Shown one piece after another: positions 12,128 through 24,286 of a stretch of 64,000 nucleotides of DNA. This DNA comes from Eledone cirrhosa (taxonomy: Eukaryota). A program made the translations under genes and the position numbers. The DNA lies in the NCBI GenBank assembly GCA_964016885.1, contig OZ024744.1, positions 66,092,001 through 66,156,000 on the forward strand, read 5' to 3'. Each line of letters begins with the position of its first letter. Positions within the stretch are counted from its first letter, which is position 1. The notes under the pieces are model-generated. The model was not told where the DNA came from and did not search any database. It saw nothing but the letters and a program-made list of their open reading frames with translations.

Positions 12128-12210
<83 letters not shown>

Positions 12211-13139
12211 TTGAAATCCAGAGGAATTTTAAAGAGACAATGAAATAGTAAATAAGGTTGTCAATGCGGGTTTTGTAGAAGAAAGAATGGTAATGTAGCG
12301 GCGGTAAGAAGTTTGAGATGAAGAAATAAGAATTCAAAGAGGCATAAACTGTGGGGATATTTTTTCCTTCTGTAGTTTGGTCAATTTGAACAGGAAGAGT
12401 CAGAAAGAATTCGGAGAATTTTTGAGAAAAAAGCTCAGGGTGAGCTTAGCTCTGTGTGAGAATGTACCTGTCTTGATACGTGAGTGTGTGCATGTGTGTA
12501 TATGTCGGTATGTACGTGTGTGCATTTTTAAAAAGTGATGTCTTAGGCTTGTTTGTGTGTGCGTGAGTGTACGTGTGCGTGCACATGCGTACGTGTGTAT
12601 GTCTGTTATCGAAGTGAGTTGAACTGGGTGTTTATGTTCGTTTGTTATGGTGTGTGTACAAGGTTTGTGTGTTTGCATTGTGTGTGTGCATATGAACCAG
12701 TGCCTGCGTACCAAGTGTGTGTGTATGTTATAATGTTAGTGTGCGTATGTCTGTGATTTTTATATGTGTATGTTGCATATTATTACAGCGGGTGTGCATA
12801 TATATATGTGTATGACTATTTACATGCGTATGTTCATGTCTAGATGTATGTGTGTCCAAGTGTGTGTATGTATTCAAAGTACACGTGTGTTAGTGTATGT
12901 GGTGTATTAACGTGTCTATATGTGCGTGTTAGAATGGTGAGTATGTGTACCCGTGTGATGCGTCTCTATGTGTGAGTTCGTGTTTGCTTGTGTGTGTATG
13001 CGAGCGCCGGCGTAAGGTTGCGTGTTGAATTAGTATGCACGTGTGCGCATAGAGTATGTATAAGGACGCAAACATGTGGAATCGTGTGAGGGAGGAACAC
13101 GTGTGGTGTTGATCGTAAAGGCATGTGTGCGGTCTCGGT

Positions 13140-14300
13140 AAATACTGGCATGTGATGCTGGGGGAAGGGGGGTGGGGTGATAAGTATTCAAATGGGTGTG
13201 GGGAATAATGGTATGGTAGGGGATGTACAGATCAGACGTATTAGGGTGGTTCATTGAGGCCGTAGGGTGTGATGATTTGGAAAGAGAGAATGAAGGTCTG
13301 TTCCTTCGGGAGTCGTGAGTCTGACGATCCTGTGTTAGAAACGAGGCCGAAGTCAGGAACATATTGTGTGGAATTACCACATAACAGGCATCGAAACCTC
13401 TATATGAGGCTCATGGGTGTGCAGCAAAATGAGTCCTTGATCCGAAAAGTACGGTCGTAGGGTCGTGTTTGGTAAACGGTATGTATAGCAGCTGGGACAG
13501 GAACAGAAATGTGATCCAGGCGATGAATTAGCGAGTGAAAGCAAACTGAGGTAAAAGAGATTCCTAAGGTTGTGAGCATTATTAAAGGAAGGAAGGAATG
13601 AAAGGGTGAGATCAGAAAAGCAGCAACGGAAGAGATAAATGAAGGATCGGATTTTGATAAGGCAAGGTGGAGGTGTGGTAGGTGAAAAAGAAGTGTAGTC
13701 GTCGGTCGGTGAGGGTGGGGTAGGTGGCTGACGGCGAGGGTATGGTCGACTCCACGGACTCAGGTAAAAGCGGTTTGAACCAGGGTATGGGGTATCTGCA
13801 CCGAATAAAAAGACCAAACACGTAATGAGCCTGAGTTTCGAAATATAGCTTCGGCTATACAGGTGGCGGACACGGGGAAATTAGGAATTAGGGGTGAGGA
13901 ATGGAGCGTTTAGAGTGGGTGGGGTAGGAGGAGGTAATATGGAGATAAGAGTGGGAGAAAATAGGCGCGTAGAAGACAGAGGCGATGGGGTTACTGGGAA
14001 GAGAGATGGCGAGCAAGTTGACAGAAGTGTTGGAAACAGAGGTGAGATCGAGGGCATGATAAAAGGAGCAGAAGAGAGAAAGGAATTGAATCGGTCACGG
14101 TTGAGAGATGTGGCGCTAATACAGTCATCGATGCAACGATCGTATTTCTCGGGGGTACATCTGGCGACCTGAGCAAAGATTTGCGCCTTAGCATCTAGCC
14201 TAGGCCATGATTTCGAGGCTCAGATCCAATACAGGCTTAACTGTTTAACTAAAGAGATAGCATACAAATGCCAAATAATAAAGGAGGATCCCGCCAAGAC
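13140..14300 (-). mobile_element. Highly degenerate, internally deleted Penelope/Poseidon-like element
   Basis: Manual translation of the minus strand gives YDRCIDDCISA (RT YxRYIDD-like, ~14110-14145), NLRNLF..PGSHFCSCPSC, an LIxRFRCLLC GIY-like segment and KEQTFILSFQIITPYGLNE (PLE EN terminal PxGLN). Confidence 0.7.
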
Positions 14301-14591
14301 GTAAGTGTGTGTGTGTGAGCTGAAATGTAATTTGGTAAAGAATATATAAAGTTGGGAGAGCACTCAGTCCGTGGAAGGAGTTGTGCTATACAGATACTAT
14401 ATACATTACAAAATGGTAACAATATAGGTTGAGGATTTGGGACCTCTCAGAAAAATCTGAAATATGCGGACAAAGGAAGATTTGTACCTAACTGACAGCA
14501 TAATGTAATAAATATCTGTATATGTATCTATCTGTCTATCTATCCGTCTGTCTGTCTGTCTGTCTATCTATATATCTATGTACACTAATAT

Positions 14592-14672
<81 letters not shown>

Positions 14673-15200
14673 TGTGTGTGTGCGTGTATGCCCGTGTCTG
14701 TGTTTATATCCAGTGTTTGTTTATATCCCGTAACTGAGCAGTTCTAAAAAAATGATCGATAAAACAAATACAAGACTTGAAAAAATTAGTAATAGCATCG
14801 ATTTGATCGACCTAAAGACTTCTAGTTTGTTTCGCGGCAAGGCCGCAGTGCTATGATTGAATGAAAACCATAGGTTATAGATTCCATACACTGGTGGTTT
14901 TCACTGTTTTATTGATGGCTCACTATCTCTCTTTAGTGTGTTACCTTTTCAACATATTGTATTTTACAAAGCTCTGGATTCCTTTTTCTTTGAGCACATT
15001 ATTGACAGGGAATAACGAGAGTCTATGGCTCCGTTAATTTATCGTCATATATATATATATATATGTCCAGAATTAGCCGTCGAAACGGCTTGAGCTCAGC
15101 CGTCGGGGTCTTACTTGTTCCTATATATATATATATATATATATATATAACCTACACATATATAACCTATCAAAGTTATGTATATATATATATATATATA

Positions 15201-15478
15201 TATAACAAAGAGAGTGTGGTAAGATACCAGGTGGACCATAACCCACCAGAGTACTCAATACTTAGGGTAGTAGAGTGGGTAATAGGAAAAGAGTCAGGAC
15301 CCCGACGGCTGAGCTCCGGCCATTTTGACAGCTAAATCCGGATCTAGCTGTCGGAATGGCCGGAGCTCAGCCGTCGGGGTCCTGACTCTTTTCCTATTAC
15401 CCACTCTACTACCCTAAGTATTGAGTACTCTGGTGCGTTATGGTCCACCTGGTATCTTACCACACTCTCTTTGTTATA
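15201..15478. repeat. ~278-bp palindrome centred on hammerhead stem II, flanked by a 20-bp direct repeat
   Basis: Axis ATCC|GGAT at 15339/15340 lies inside GACAGCTAAATCCGGATCTAGCTGTC, followed by GGAA-TGGCCGGAGCTCAGCCG-TC-GGGGTC. TATAAC(C/A)TATCAAAGTTATG occurs at 15161-15180 and 15483-15502. Confidence 0.88.
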
Positions 15479-15699
15479 TATATATAACATATCAAAGTTA
15501 TGGTGCTGTTATAAAGTCAGACATGGTCTGGGTCATCACTGGCCGAAACCTATCGAAGTTATGTCTGTATATATATCTCCGCTGTGACCCGTCTATTTCG
15601 TTCTTACTGCTTCCTCTTTCTCTGTATCTTTCACCTCCCTTTACCCTCTCTAACAGTCACTCTCTCTGTTAGCCTCTTCCTCACCCTTCACTCACTCAC

Positions 15700-16030
15700 T
15701 CTCTGCTACTACCTCTCCTACTTCCTTTCGTTTGACCTGTGCGGAATTCCTTCCTTGCTCACATTTCGACGAGGTTTGATAGTCTTTATTCTCTCTCGTT
15801 CACGATTTCACCGAACTTATATTCATGGAAATCTGGGACTTGACTCTTTCTTCCTCACTTTTCGTTGCATTACCATCTTTGATTGTTTACAGTCTCGCTC
15901 GTTCCCCTTATTTACGTGTCCCAACGACTTTCTTTAGCCGTTGCTCGCACCAACCGGAGGTATATGGTCTTTAAAGCGATGAAATACCGATGATGGTTGG
16001 AAGATCATTGATGAAGGACTAACTTTATTC
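15700..16030 (+). repeat. Dispersed PLE-tail-like repeat ending at C(A)TGATGAAGGACT; copies at ~20757-20990 and ~25360-25640
   Basis: Three homologous copies share TTTACGTGTCCCAACGACT..GCACCAACC..TGATGAAGGACT. Confidence 0.7.
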
Positions 16031-16099
16031 ATATATATATATATATGAAAACAATATGGTGTAAGACAAAACAAAGGAGAGACACAAAATAAAAACCTA

Positions 16100-16142
16100 G
16101 TCACTGAGGAGGTCAGAGAATTTGTGACGAAAGAGCTTTGAC
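16100..16142 (+). ncRNA. Hammerhead motif (family D)
   Basis: GTCA-CTGAGGA-GGTCAGAGAATTTGTGAC-GAAA-GAGC-TT-TGAC. Confidence 0.7.
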
Positions 16143-16409
16143 AATATATAAACAACCATCCGGTTATCGAACCAACCAACCAACCAGTCAACCAACAGGA
16201 AATTTATAATAAAATGAAGTGAAAATCAACAGGTGCGTGTGTTTTTATTGGCAGCATGACCCTCTCATTCTTTCTTCTGATAAAGGACTAGCGTCCGACA
16301 TGTTAAGACCCTCTTCCTGCTATATCAAGCATTAACCTAATATATTCCTTCCATATACTGTACCGATTGTGTTGTTATTTCTGTTTACCTTTTACATATA
16401 TATATATAT

Positions 16410-16498
<89 letters not shown>

Positions 16499-16618
16499 AA
16501 GTGGCTCTCGAGTGTCACTGGTAACATGTAACCCAGTACAACCTGTCTCATGGTCGGGTTGTCGGGGACTAAACTGGCAACCCCACCAAGTTTGCTTGAT
16601 GAGGAGGGTGATATTTGG

Positions 16619-16676
<58 letters not shown>

Positions 16677-16805
16677 ATACTTTGGGAGGGTCATGTTGCC
16701 AATAATATATATATATAAATCAGCATATAGAAGTACACATAGAGATATGTGTTCAATCATAGGGGATTGTGAGTCTTTAACTCCACTTTTTAATTTTTAT
16801 ATATA

Positions 16806-17108
16806 CTAGTAGAATGGCCCGGTGTTGCTCGGGATTTGCTCTAGGGTTCTTATATATTTGATACATATTTATCCTTCTCGAGCCTCGTGAAGTAAATACG
16901 TTTGTTTATATTTTGTTATTGTGTATGCAAAATTATCTGTACACGAATATATAAATAACAGTACAGAGAAGTACGGAATACCTGGACCTCGGATTGGTGT
17001 ATACATTTTGTGCTTAGAAAAGAAGTTCGAAGAAAATCAATACTTTATCGCGAAATAAATACTTTTGTTTATATGTGTATGCAAAAATATCTGTACACGA
17101 ATATATAG

Positions 17109-17189
<81 letters not shown>

Positions 17190-17991
17190 TTCGTTTCTGA
17201 ATTTGTTTAGCAAGATTCTTTATCTGAAATCGTGTGTTGAAACCGATATTGTTATACTTTGGGAGGGTCATGTTGCCAATAAGAAACACACGCACACAAC
17301 ACACACACAGAAACAAAATGGCGTAGGACAGAACAAAGGAGAGGCACAGAAACAAAGAAAGGAATCCCCAGTCACTGAAGAACTATGACTATATATAAAC
17401 AACTATCTGGTTGTGGAACCAACCAACCAACCAGAAATTTATAAATTTATAAATATATAATAAATTGAAGTGAAAGAAACTGGTGCGTGTGTTTCTTATT
17501 GGCAACATGACCCTCCCAAAGTATAACAATATATATATATATATATAGAGAGAGAGATTACAGTAATCAAAGTTCAGTTTAAGTCATTTATTTGCTTACA
17601 ATTGTTTCCTCCAAACCGAGGTTTGGATTCTTCGGAGCAACTATTTATAACATACTTGACCTCCTTTTCAACCCAAGAGACACATAAAACATATGTGTCT
17701 CTTGGGTTGAAAAGGAGGTCAAGTATGTTATAAATAGTTGCTCCGAAGAATCCAAACCTCGGTTTGGAGGAAACAATTGTAAGCAAATAAATGACTTAAA
17801 CTGAACTTTGATTACTGTAATCTCTATATAACTGCTCTGTATAACAACTGATGTTATTGCATTGAGCTATTTAACTTACTGGTAATAGGATAGTAATTAA
17901 AGACTATCTCTCACTATTTAGGGTTTGTGTATATATAATATATTACCATCAAAGGTTTTATTGCATACATAACCATAAATAGTACCCTTAA

Positions 17992-18078
<87 letters not shown>

Positions 18079-18523
18079 TAACAGATTAAAGTTTAAGCAA
18101 AGAATCGCTGCTTTCACTCTTAACGGGATCTTCTGAAACTAAAATAATAAATCTGTGAACGCAGAAGTAAATATTTCGAAAAACGTTACACACTATATGT
18201 ATATATATACACACACCGCGTCATAATGACGTAATGCAGACAGCCAGGCATACAGACAGATATTATAAGGGCGCAACGTAATATCTATGTATCTATCTAA
18301 AAAGAGAAAGACTAAGAGAGAGAGAGAAAGAGATCGCTAAATCGCCTAATGCGGACCCTAGGGCATTGAAAATTTGAAATTTCTTTTGCTCAGAACACTC
18401 AATAGGACCATAAGTATTACATGTGTAAAGTTTGAAAACAATCAGTTGGGTGGTTCTCGAGTTTTAGTGATTGAACAGACAGGCAGACAGACAAACAAAT
18501 ATTCTCTGTTTTAGTAATATAGA
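16806..18523 (-). mobile_element. Non-autonomous Helitron with PLE-derived insertions
   Basis: 5' A|TCTATATTACTAAAACAGAG..GTCTGTCTG at 18523; 3' CCCGAGCAACACCGGG hairpin + CTAG at 16809-16806. Confidence 0.7.
17553..17825. repeat. Near-perfect palindrome (134-bp arms, 5-nt loop) carrying a hammerhead motif in each arm (family C)
   Basis: Arms are 17553-17686 and 17692-17825. The + arm 17738-17786 reads TTGCT-CCGAAGA-ATCCAAACCTCGGTTTGGAG-GAAA-CAATTG-TA-AGCAA, mirrored at 17592-17640. Confidence 0.9.
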
Positions 18524-18631
18524 TAAATATATATTTATATACTCATATATATATATATATATGTATATATATATTTCGTTTCTGAATTTGTTTAGCAAGA
18601 TTCTTTATCTGAAAACGTGTGTTGAAACCGA

Positions 18632-19478
18632 TATTGTTATACTTTGGGAGGGTCATATTGCCAATAAGAAACACATGCACCAGTTGCTTTCACTTCAATT
18701 TATTATAAATTAAATTTATAAATTTCCGGTTGGTTAGTTGGTTCCACAACCAGACGATTGTTCATATATTGTCAAAGTTCTTTCGTCACACATTATGTGA
18801 CCTCTTCAGTGACTGGGGATTCTTTTCTTTGTTTTTGTGCCTCTCCTTTGTTCTGTCCTACGCGATCTTGTTTTTGTGTGTGTTGTGTGCTTAGTTTGCG
18901 CATGTGTTACATCCGGGTGTCTGTGTGTGTTTATATTTGTTTATTTACATGTTACTGGTTGGTTGTTTGATCTATGTGTGTGTGTGTGTTTTCATTTTGT
19001 CCTTAACTGTAAGTTGTGATGTTGCTGTTCCATCCATGTTTTCTATTTAATTTTGGTTGGAGTTCATTTATGTTTATTGCCTCTGTGATTTGTCTAAACA
19101 TTGCGTCTTTTCTGTGTGTAGATTCTATTTTTATTTCTATGTTCTCTAATTTACCCTTATGTTCTATTTTAGCATGTTAATAAATAAATAAACAAATATA
19201 AACACACACAGACACCCGGATGTAACACATGCGCAAACTAAGCACACAACACACACACAAACAAAGGAGAGGCACAAAAACAAAGAAAAGAATCCCCAGT
19301 CACTGAAGAGGTCACATAATGTGTGACGAAAGAACTTTGACAATATATGAACAATCGTCTGGTTGTGGAACCAACCAACCGGAAATTTATAAATTTAATT
19401 TATAATAAATTGAAGTGAAAGCAACTGGTGCGTGTGTTTCTTATTGGCAACATGACCCTCCCAAAGCATAACAATATA
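18632..19478. mobile_element. Non-autonomous PLE-like mini-element with ~300-bp inverted arms, each with a hammerhead (family D)
   Basis: 18632-18950 is inverted at ~19185-19478. The HHR GTCA-CTGAAGA-GGTCACATAATGTGTGAC-GAAA-GAAC-TT-TGAC is at 19299-19341(+) and 18771-18813(-). The tail CATGACCCTCCCAAAG(T/C)ATAACAAT also occurs at ~16670, 17250, 17510 and 55460. Confidence 0.85.
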
Positions 19479-19554
19479 TATTTATATATATATATATAAT
19501 AAAAGGATTGATAGCTACTTAGCTAGAAGGCTATCTATCTATCTGTCTATCTAT

Positions 19555-20110
19555 CTAAATCTGTAGGTTGAAGAAGAGAGCAGAAGTAAGAAGGGAGCAC
19601 TTGCACGCTCCTGAAGTTGAGGGTTGTTCTATCGACGAGGTTTTAAACAACCCATTTGTGTCGCCTCCCCCCTATTGGGGATTTCGATAGTTATATTTGT
19701 TTGTTTCATATTTTTACACGATTGTATGTAAAATCCCCGGCATTTGTCTTTGTTTTGTCCCCTTTTCTTGTGCGCCCTTGTGGCTAATTAAGAAATATAT
19801 CTATGTATCTCTATATCGAGATACATTCTCTGTATATAAACCTGTAGGTTGAGGAAGATAAACAGAGGGAAGACAGGTACACATACAAAACGTGTTCCTG
19901 GTGTTGAGGGTTGTTCTATCCACGGGGTGTAAAACAACCCTGAAGTAACGTTCCCCCCTATTGGGGATATCAATTGTTATTTTATTATATATAGTTTATT
20001 GTTATTTATTAATGTTAAAGTTATATGATTTTTATGTAAAACCCCCGCCGTCACGTCTTGTAATGTCCCATTTTTGTACGCCCCTGTGGCAAATAAAGAA
20101 AGATATCTAT
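19555..20110 (+). mobile_element. Two tandem Tx1 3'-UTR fragments in TATC context
   Basis: Both start (A)CTGTAGGTTGA(A/G)GAAGA and end GTGGC(T/A)AAT(T/A)AAGAAA..TATCTAT; homologous to the 3' UTR of the 10172-12127 element. Confidence 0.75.
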
Positions 20111-21261
20111 ATAGAATAAATAAAAAATAAATAAAAGAAAGATATCTATGTATCTCTGTGTATATATAAACATCTTATGTATGTATGTATGTATGTATGT
20201 ATGTATGTATGTATGTATGTATGTATGTATGTATGTTATCTCTTTCTCTTAATTTCGAGTATATTTTTTTGTCCGGCCACCTTCCTGGTGGCAAGGTTGT
20301 AAAAGAAAAGAAATTGTCATCCCTTGAATCGCAAGAATGTTTTGCAAATTTTGAAGGTGCCTGCTATCGCAGCCATTTGTAGACTATGAATTAGGGAGCT
20401 GCGCTATAAACATCTTATGTATGTATGTATGTATGTATGTATGTATGTATGTATGTATGTATGTATGTATGTATGTATGTATACAGTAGATTATAATAAA
20501 CAACCACAGGCACAAATACATACACATATAAATATACACTTACATACCCCCACCCACACACACACATATATATATATAGTAATAATAATAAATGTGAAGA
20601 CTAAAATTCGAAGAGGGCTCGACAAGGATAATATATATATATATAATTATATAAAACCATAGAGCAAATATTTAAATAAATAGTTTCAGAAGATCCCGTT
20701 AAGGGTGAAAGCAGCGGTTCTTTGCTTAAAGATTAATCTGTTATTTTAATATATATTCTCTCTCGTTCACGATTTCACCGAATTCATAGAAATTTGGGAC
20801 TTGACCCCTTCTTCCTCACTTTTCGTTGCTTCACCATCTTTGTTTGTTTACACTCGTGTCCCCTTTATTTACGTGTCCCAACGACTTTTTTTAGCCGTTG
20901 CTCGCACCAACCGGAGGTATATGGTCTTTAAAGCGAGGAAATACAAATGATGGTTGGAAGATCACTGATGAAGGACTAACTTTATTCATATATATATATA
21001 TATATATATTTATGTTTGTGTGTGTGTGTGTGTGTATAAACTTAAGGAAATTAGAACGGAAACAAGGGAAAACGAAAAACAATTTTTAAGGCAAAACCTT
21101 AAAAAATGTTTTAAAAAAATAAGTGTACAAACGAAGGACACAGAACTCCATGGTCATCAGCCGTGAGATGGACTTAGGCAGTTTCGACCCCCTACCAACG
21201 GTCAGTGAAATAAGTGACGAGAGACAAAACATTAATTAATCGCAATATATATATTTAAGTG

Positions 21262-21570
21262 AAGGCGGCGAATTGGCAGAGTCGTTAGAACGTCGGATAG
21301 CATGCTTTATGGTATTTGTTCCTGCTCTCTGAGTTCAAATCCTGCCGTGGTCAACTTTACCTTTCATCCTTTCGAGGTCGTTTAAAAAAAAAAAAATACA
21401 TTTCTAGCACTGGGGTGGATTCTTCCTCTATATCTCTTTCTTTTTTCCCCTCTCTCACTTTCTAGCTTTCTCTGGAAGAAATCTGCTGTACTTAGACTTG
21501 GAGAGGAGATGGTCACCGCCGGGCTTAAAATGCCCAAGAAATGCCGTATGTCAATAGCGCGCTCATACGA
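21262..21570 (+). mobile_element. tRNA-derived SINE (near full length)
   Basis: GGCGGCGAATTGGCAGAGTCG A-box, GAGTTCAAATCC B-box, CCTTTCATCCTTTCGAGGTCG core. Related minus copies at ~28150-28325, 29550-29745, 29980-30598, 32830-33090, 33515-33700 and 50930-51090; plus copies at 37565-37676 and 56825-56990. Confidence 0.85.
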
Positions 21571-21899
21571 CTCTATCATCAATCCCACCTCATCCCATAT
21601 ATATAAGTATGTTTGTGTATTTATGTGTTTGTCGACATGTTTATATGGTTGTCAGCTCACGTATCACTTTTGTCTAATCTTTAGCACTGTCAGAAAGGCA
21701 ATATGTATCAGTTGATTCACTTATTTCGAAATACGACTAAACCAACCACTGTCATCTTTTTAAACATCGCTTTTATCTACAAGCGTCATTTACAACGAAG
21801 AAACTCTGTTCACTCTATTCTGTCCGCCGGATCCGGGGGCGGCCAGTCCACTGGACCCACGAGGAGGCCAGCACGTGGGTCTCCATTTGCTCATGATAT

Positions 21900-22367
21900 T
21901 GAGAGATGGTGAGAGCAGGAGAGACGGAGGCAGTGAAAGTGGGAGTTTGGTTCCTTTGTGTTCTGACCTGGTGTATATGAGAGATGGTGAGAGCAGGAGA
22001 GACGGAGGTAGTGAAAGTGGGAGTTTGGTTCCTTTGTGTTCTGACCTGGTGTATATGAGAGATGGTGAGAGCAGGAGAGACGGAGGCAGTGAAAGTGGGA
22101 GTTTGGTTCCTTTGTGTTCTGACCTGGTGTATATGAGAGATGGTGAGAGCAGGAGAGACGGAGGTAGTGAAAGTGGGAGTTTGGTTCCTTTGTGTTCTGA
22201 CCTGGTGTATATGAGAGATGGTGAGAGCAGGAGAGACGGAGGCAGTGAAAGTGGGAGTTTGGTTCCTTTGTGTTCTGACCTGGTGTATATGAGAGATGGT
22301 GAGAGCAGGAGAGACGGAGGTAGTAACAGTGGGAGTCTGGTTCCTTTGTGTTCTGACCTGGTGTATA
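21900..22367. repeat. 60-bp minisatellite (~7.8 units)
   Basis: Unit GAGAGATGGTGAGAGCAGGAGAGACGGAGG(C/T)AGTGAAAGTGGGAGTTTGGTTCCTTTGTGTTCTGACCTGGTGTATAT-like; the C/T site alternates between units. Confidence 0.95.
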
Positions 22368-24255
22368 TGTATATGTTTCACGGACACGCTATCTCAGATG
22401 AGCCATGATCGAACAGACTCATGGTCACAAGTTTTCCAGCCGTGACTATAGACTATATCGCCTGTTGTTTATTGATGTATTTTTTTAATATATCATGTAC
22501 TACATTTTCTTATATAATTTTAAGTAAATTTGGCTGCTAAGTTAATCAATCGACAACATGGTTTCCATCATTTATACGTGATGGTGATAATGATTGTGAT
22601 GATGACTGGTGGTGGTGGTAACGGCGGCGGTGACATCGATGCCAATAATGGCAATTGAAGCTACTAACAGAAAAAAAAAAGAAACAACAGCAACAACAAC
22701 AACAACAACAAAACCAAGAACCTTTAAATCTATGAACAAAATTCTAGGAATTATAAATCTTGATGGAAATCTCTTAAAAAATGACTGAATCTAAAGAAAG
22801 CTAAGCAAGGATAATTTCACCAGCCATTAAATCGTCTTCATTATTTGACAACCCAACGTCCATATATTATTCCAGCTGTAAAATAGGTTTTGGATATTAG
22901 CTGTAATATACCATTGGTGTGGTGCTAACATAAAAGAACCAGAATAAATAAATACAGAACCAGAATAAATAAATAAATATATAAATAAATATATAAATAA
23001 ATAAATAAATATATAAATAAATAAATAAATATATAAATAAATATATAAATAAATATATAAATATATAAATAAATATATAAATATACAAATAAATATATAA
23101 ATAAATATATAAATAAATATATAAATCAATATATAAATAAATAAATATATAAATGAAGATGTCATGCTTCACTCACTAACAGCTAAAAGTCGAATTCATA
23201 CTGGAGAGAATGGAAGAATTTGTAGAATAGAAAAACCACATTTGGAACAATAGATACACGGATAACAGAAACCATACTGAGAATCATAGTTGAACAATCG
23301 ATAGAAATAAATTCTTTTCTTGGACATTAACATATCAGATTACGGGGCGGCGCGGTGTGGCGTGGTATGGTGTAGTGTGCTGGTGCTGGTAGTTGTTGTT
23401 GTGGTGGTGGTGGTGGTGGTGGTGTGAGAGTTTGGTGGTGGTGTGTGGTGGTGATGTGTAGCGTGGTATGGTGGTGCTGGTAGTTGTTGTGGTGGTGGTG
23501 GTGGCAGGAGAGTGTGGTGGTGGTGTGTGCCGTGGCGTAGTATGGCGTAGTGTGGTGGTGGTGTGTGAGTGTGGTGGTGGTGTGTGGCGTGGCGTGGTAT
23601 GGCGTAGTGTGGTGGTGGTGGTGGTGGTGGTGGTAGTGTGAGAGTGTGATGGTGGTGGTCGTGGTGGTGTGCGTGTGTGGGTGGTTGGTGAGGTTCGGGT
23701 GGTTGGAAAATGGCTTTCATAGCAATAGATAGAAAAGATATTGCAGAAAAATAACGGCAAGTTATGTCATTGCTCGTAAGATAATATCAATTGAACATAT
23801 ATATTATATGAAGGGATCAACTTCAACAGCCATATTCTTCACTTTGCGTGTGAAGCACCAGCAGGTGTATAAGATGTGTGAGTGGCTTAGTCTTATTGTG
23901 TGAATGTGCATGCGTCTATGTGCGTGTAAGTGTGCATGTCTGCGTGTGTGTATGTGTGTAAACGCGTGTGGTGTGTGTGTGTGTGTTTCTGTGTACATGT
24001 ATGTGTGTGTCTGTGTATGAGTGTATATGTGTGTGTGTGCATGTGTATGTATGTGTGTGTGTGTGTATGTGTGTGTGTGTATATATCTGTGTGTGTGTGT
24101 GTGTGTGTGTAGTAATTTGTGTTTTGTGAAGAGGGTCAGCCAATTGTTCTGTGTTGAAGAGCTGAAGAACTAAGTAGTTTCTGGCCATGAAAAGAAAAGG
24201 GCTAACTTTGAAATTCAGCATGTGTGAGTGTGGTGTGTGTGTGTGTGTATGTGTA

Positions 24256-24286
<31 letters not shown>

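Noticed and set aside
12128-12337. N-terminus of the 684-aa ORF
   Set aside because: Read-through of (TATC)n and flanking DNA, not part of Tx1 ORF2.
14275-14306. Plus-strand GTAAGT donor-like site
   Set aside because: No supported upstream exon; it lies at the edge of a decayed PLE.
15518-15567. CAGACAT..GGTCATCACTGGCC-GAAA..TT-ATGTCTG
   Set aside because: The stems resemble an HHR but CUGANGA is absent; at most a relic.
21815-22408. Repeat-protein ORFs or a CRISPR-like array
   Set aside because: Pure tandem 60-mers with no spacers, no splice context and no cas genes; eukaryotic DNA.
23804-23880. KVKNMAVEVDPF as the missing KIF26 motor exon
   Set aside because: No acceptor or donor, and no real match to VKVMLR..KVDPRKKQ.
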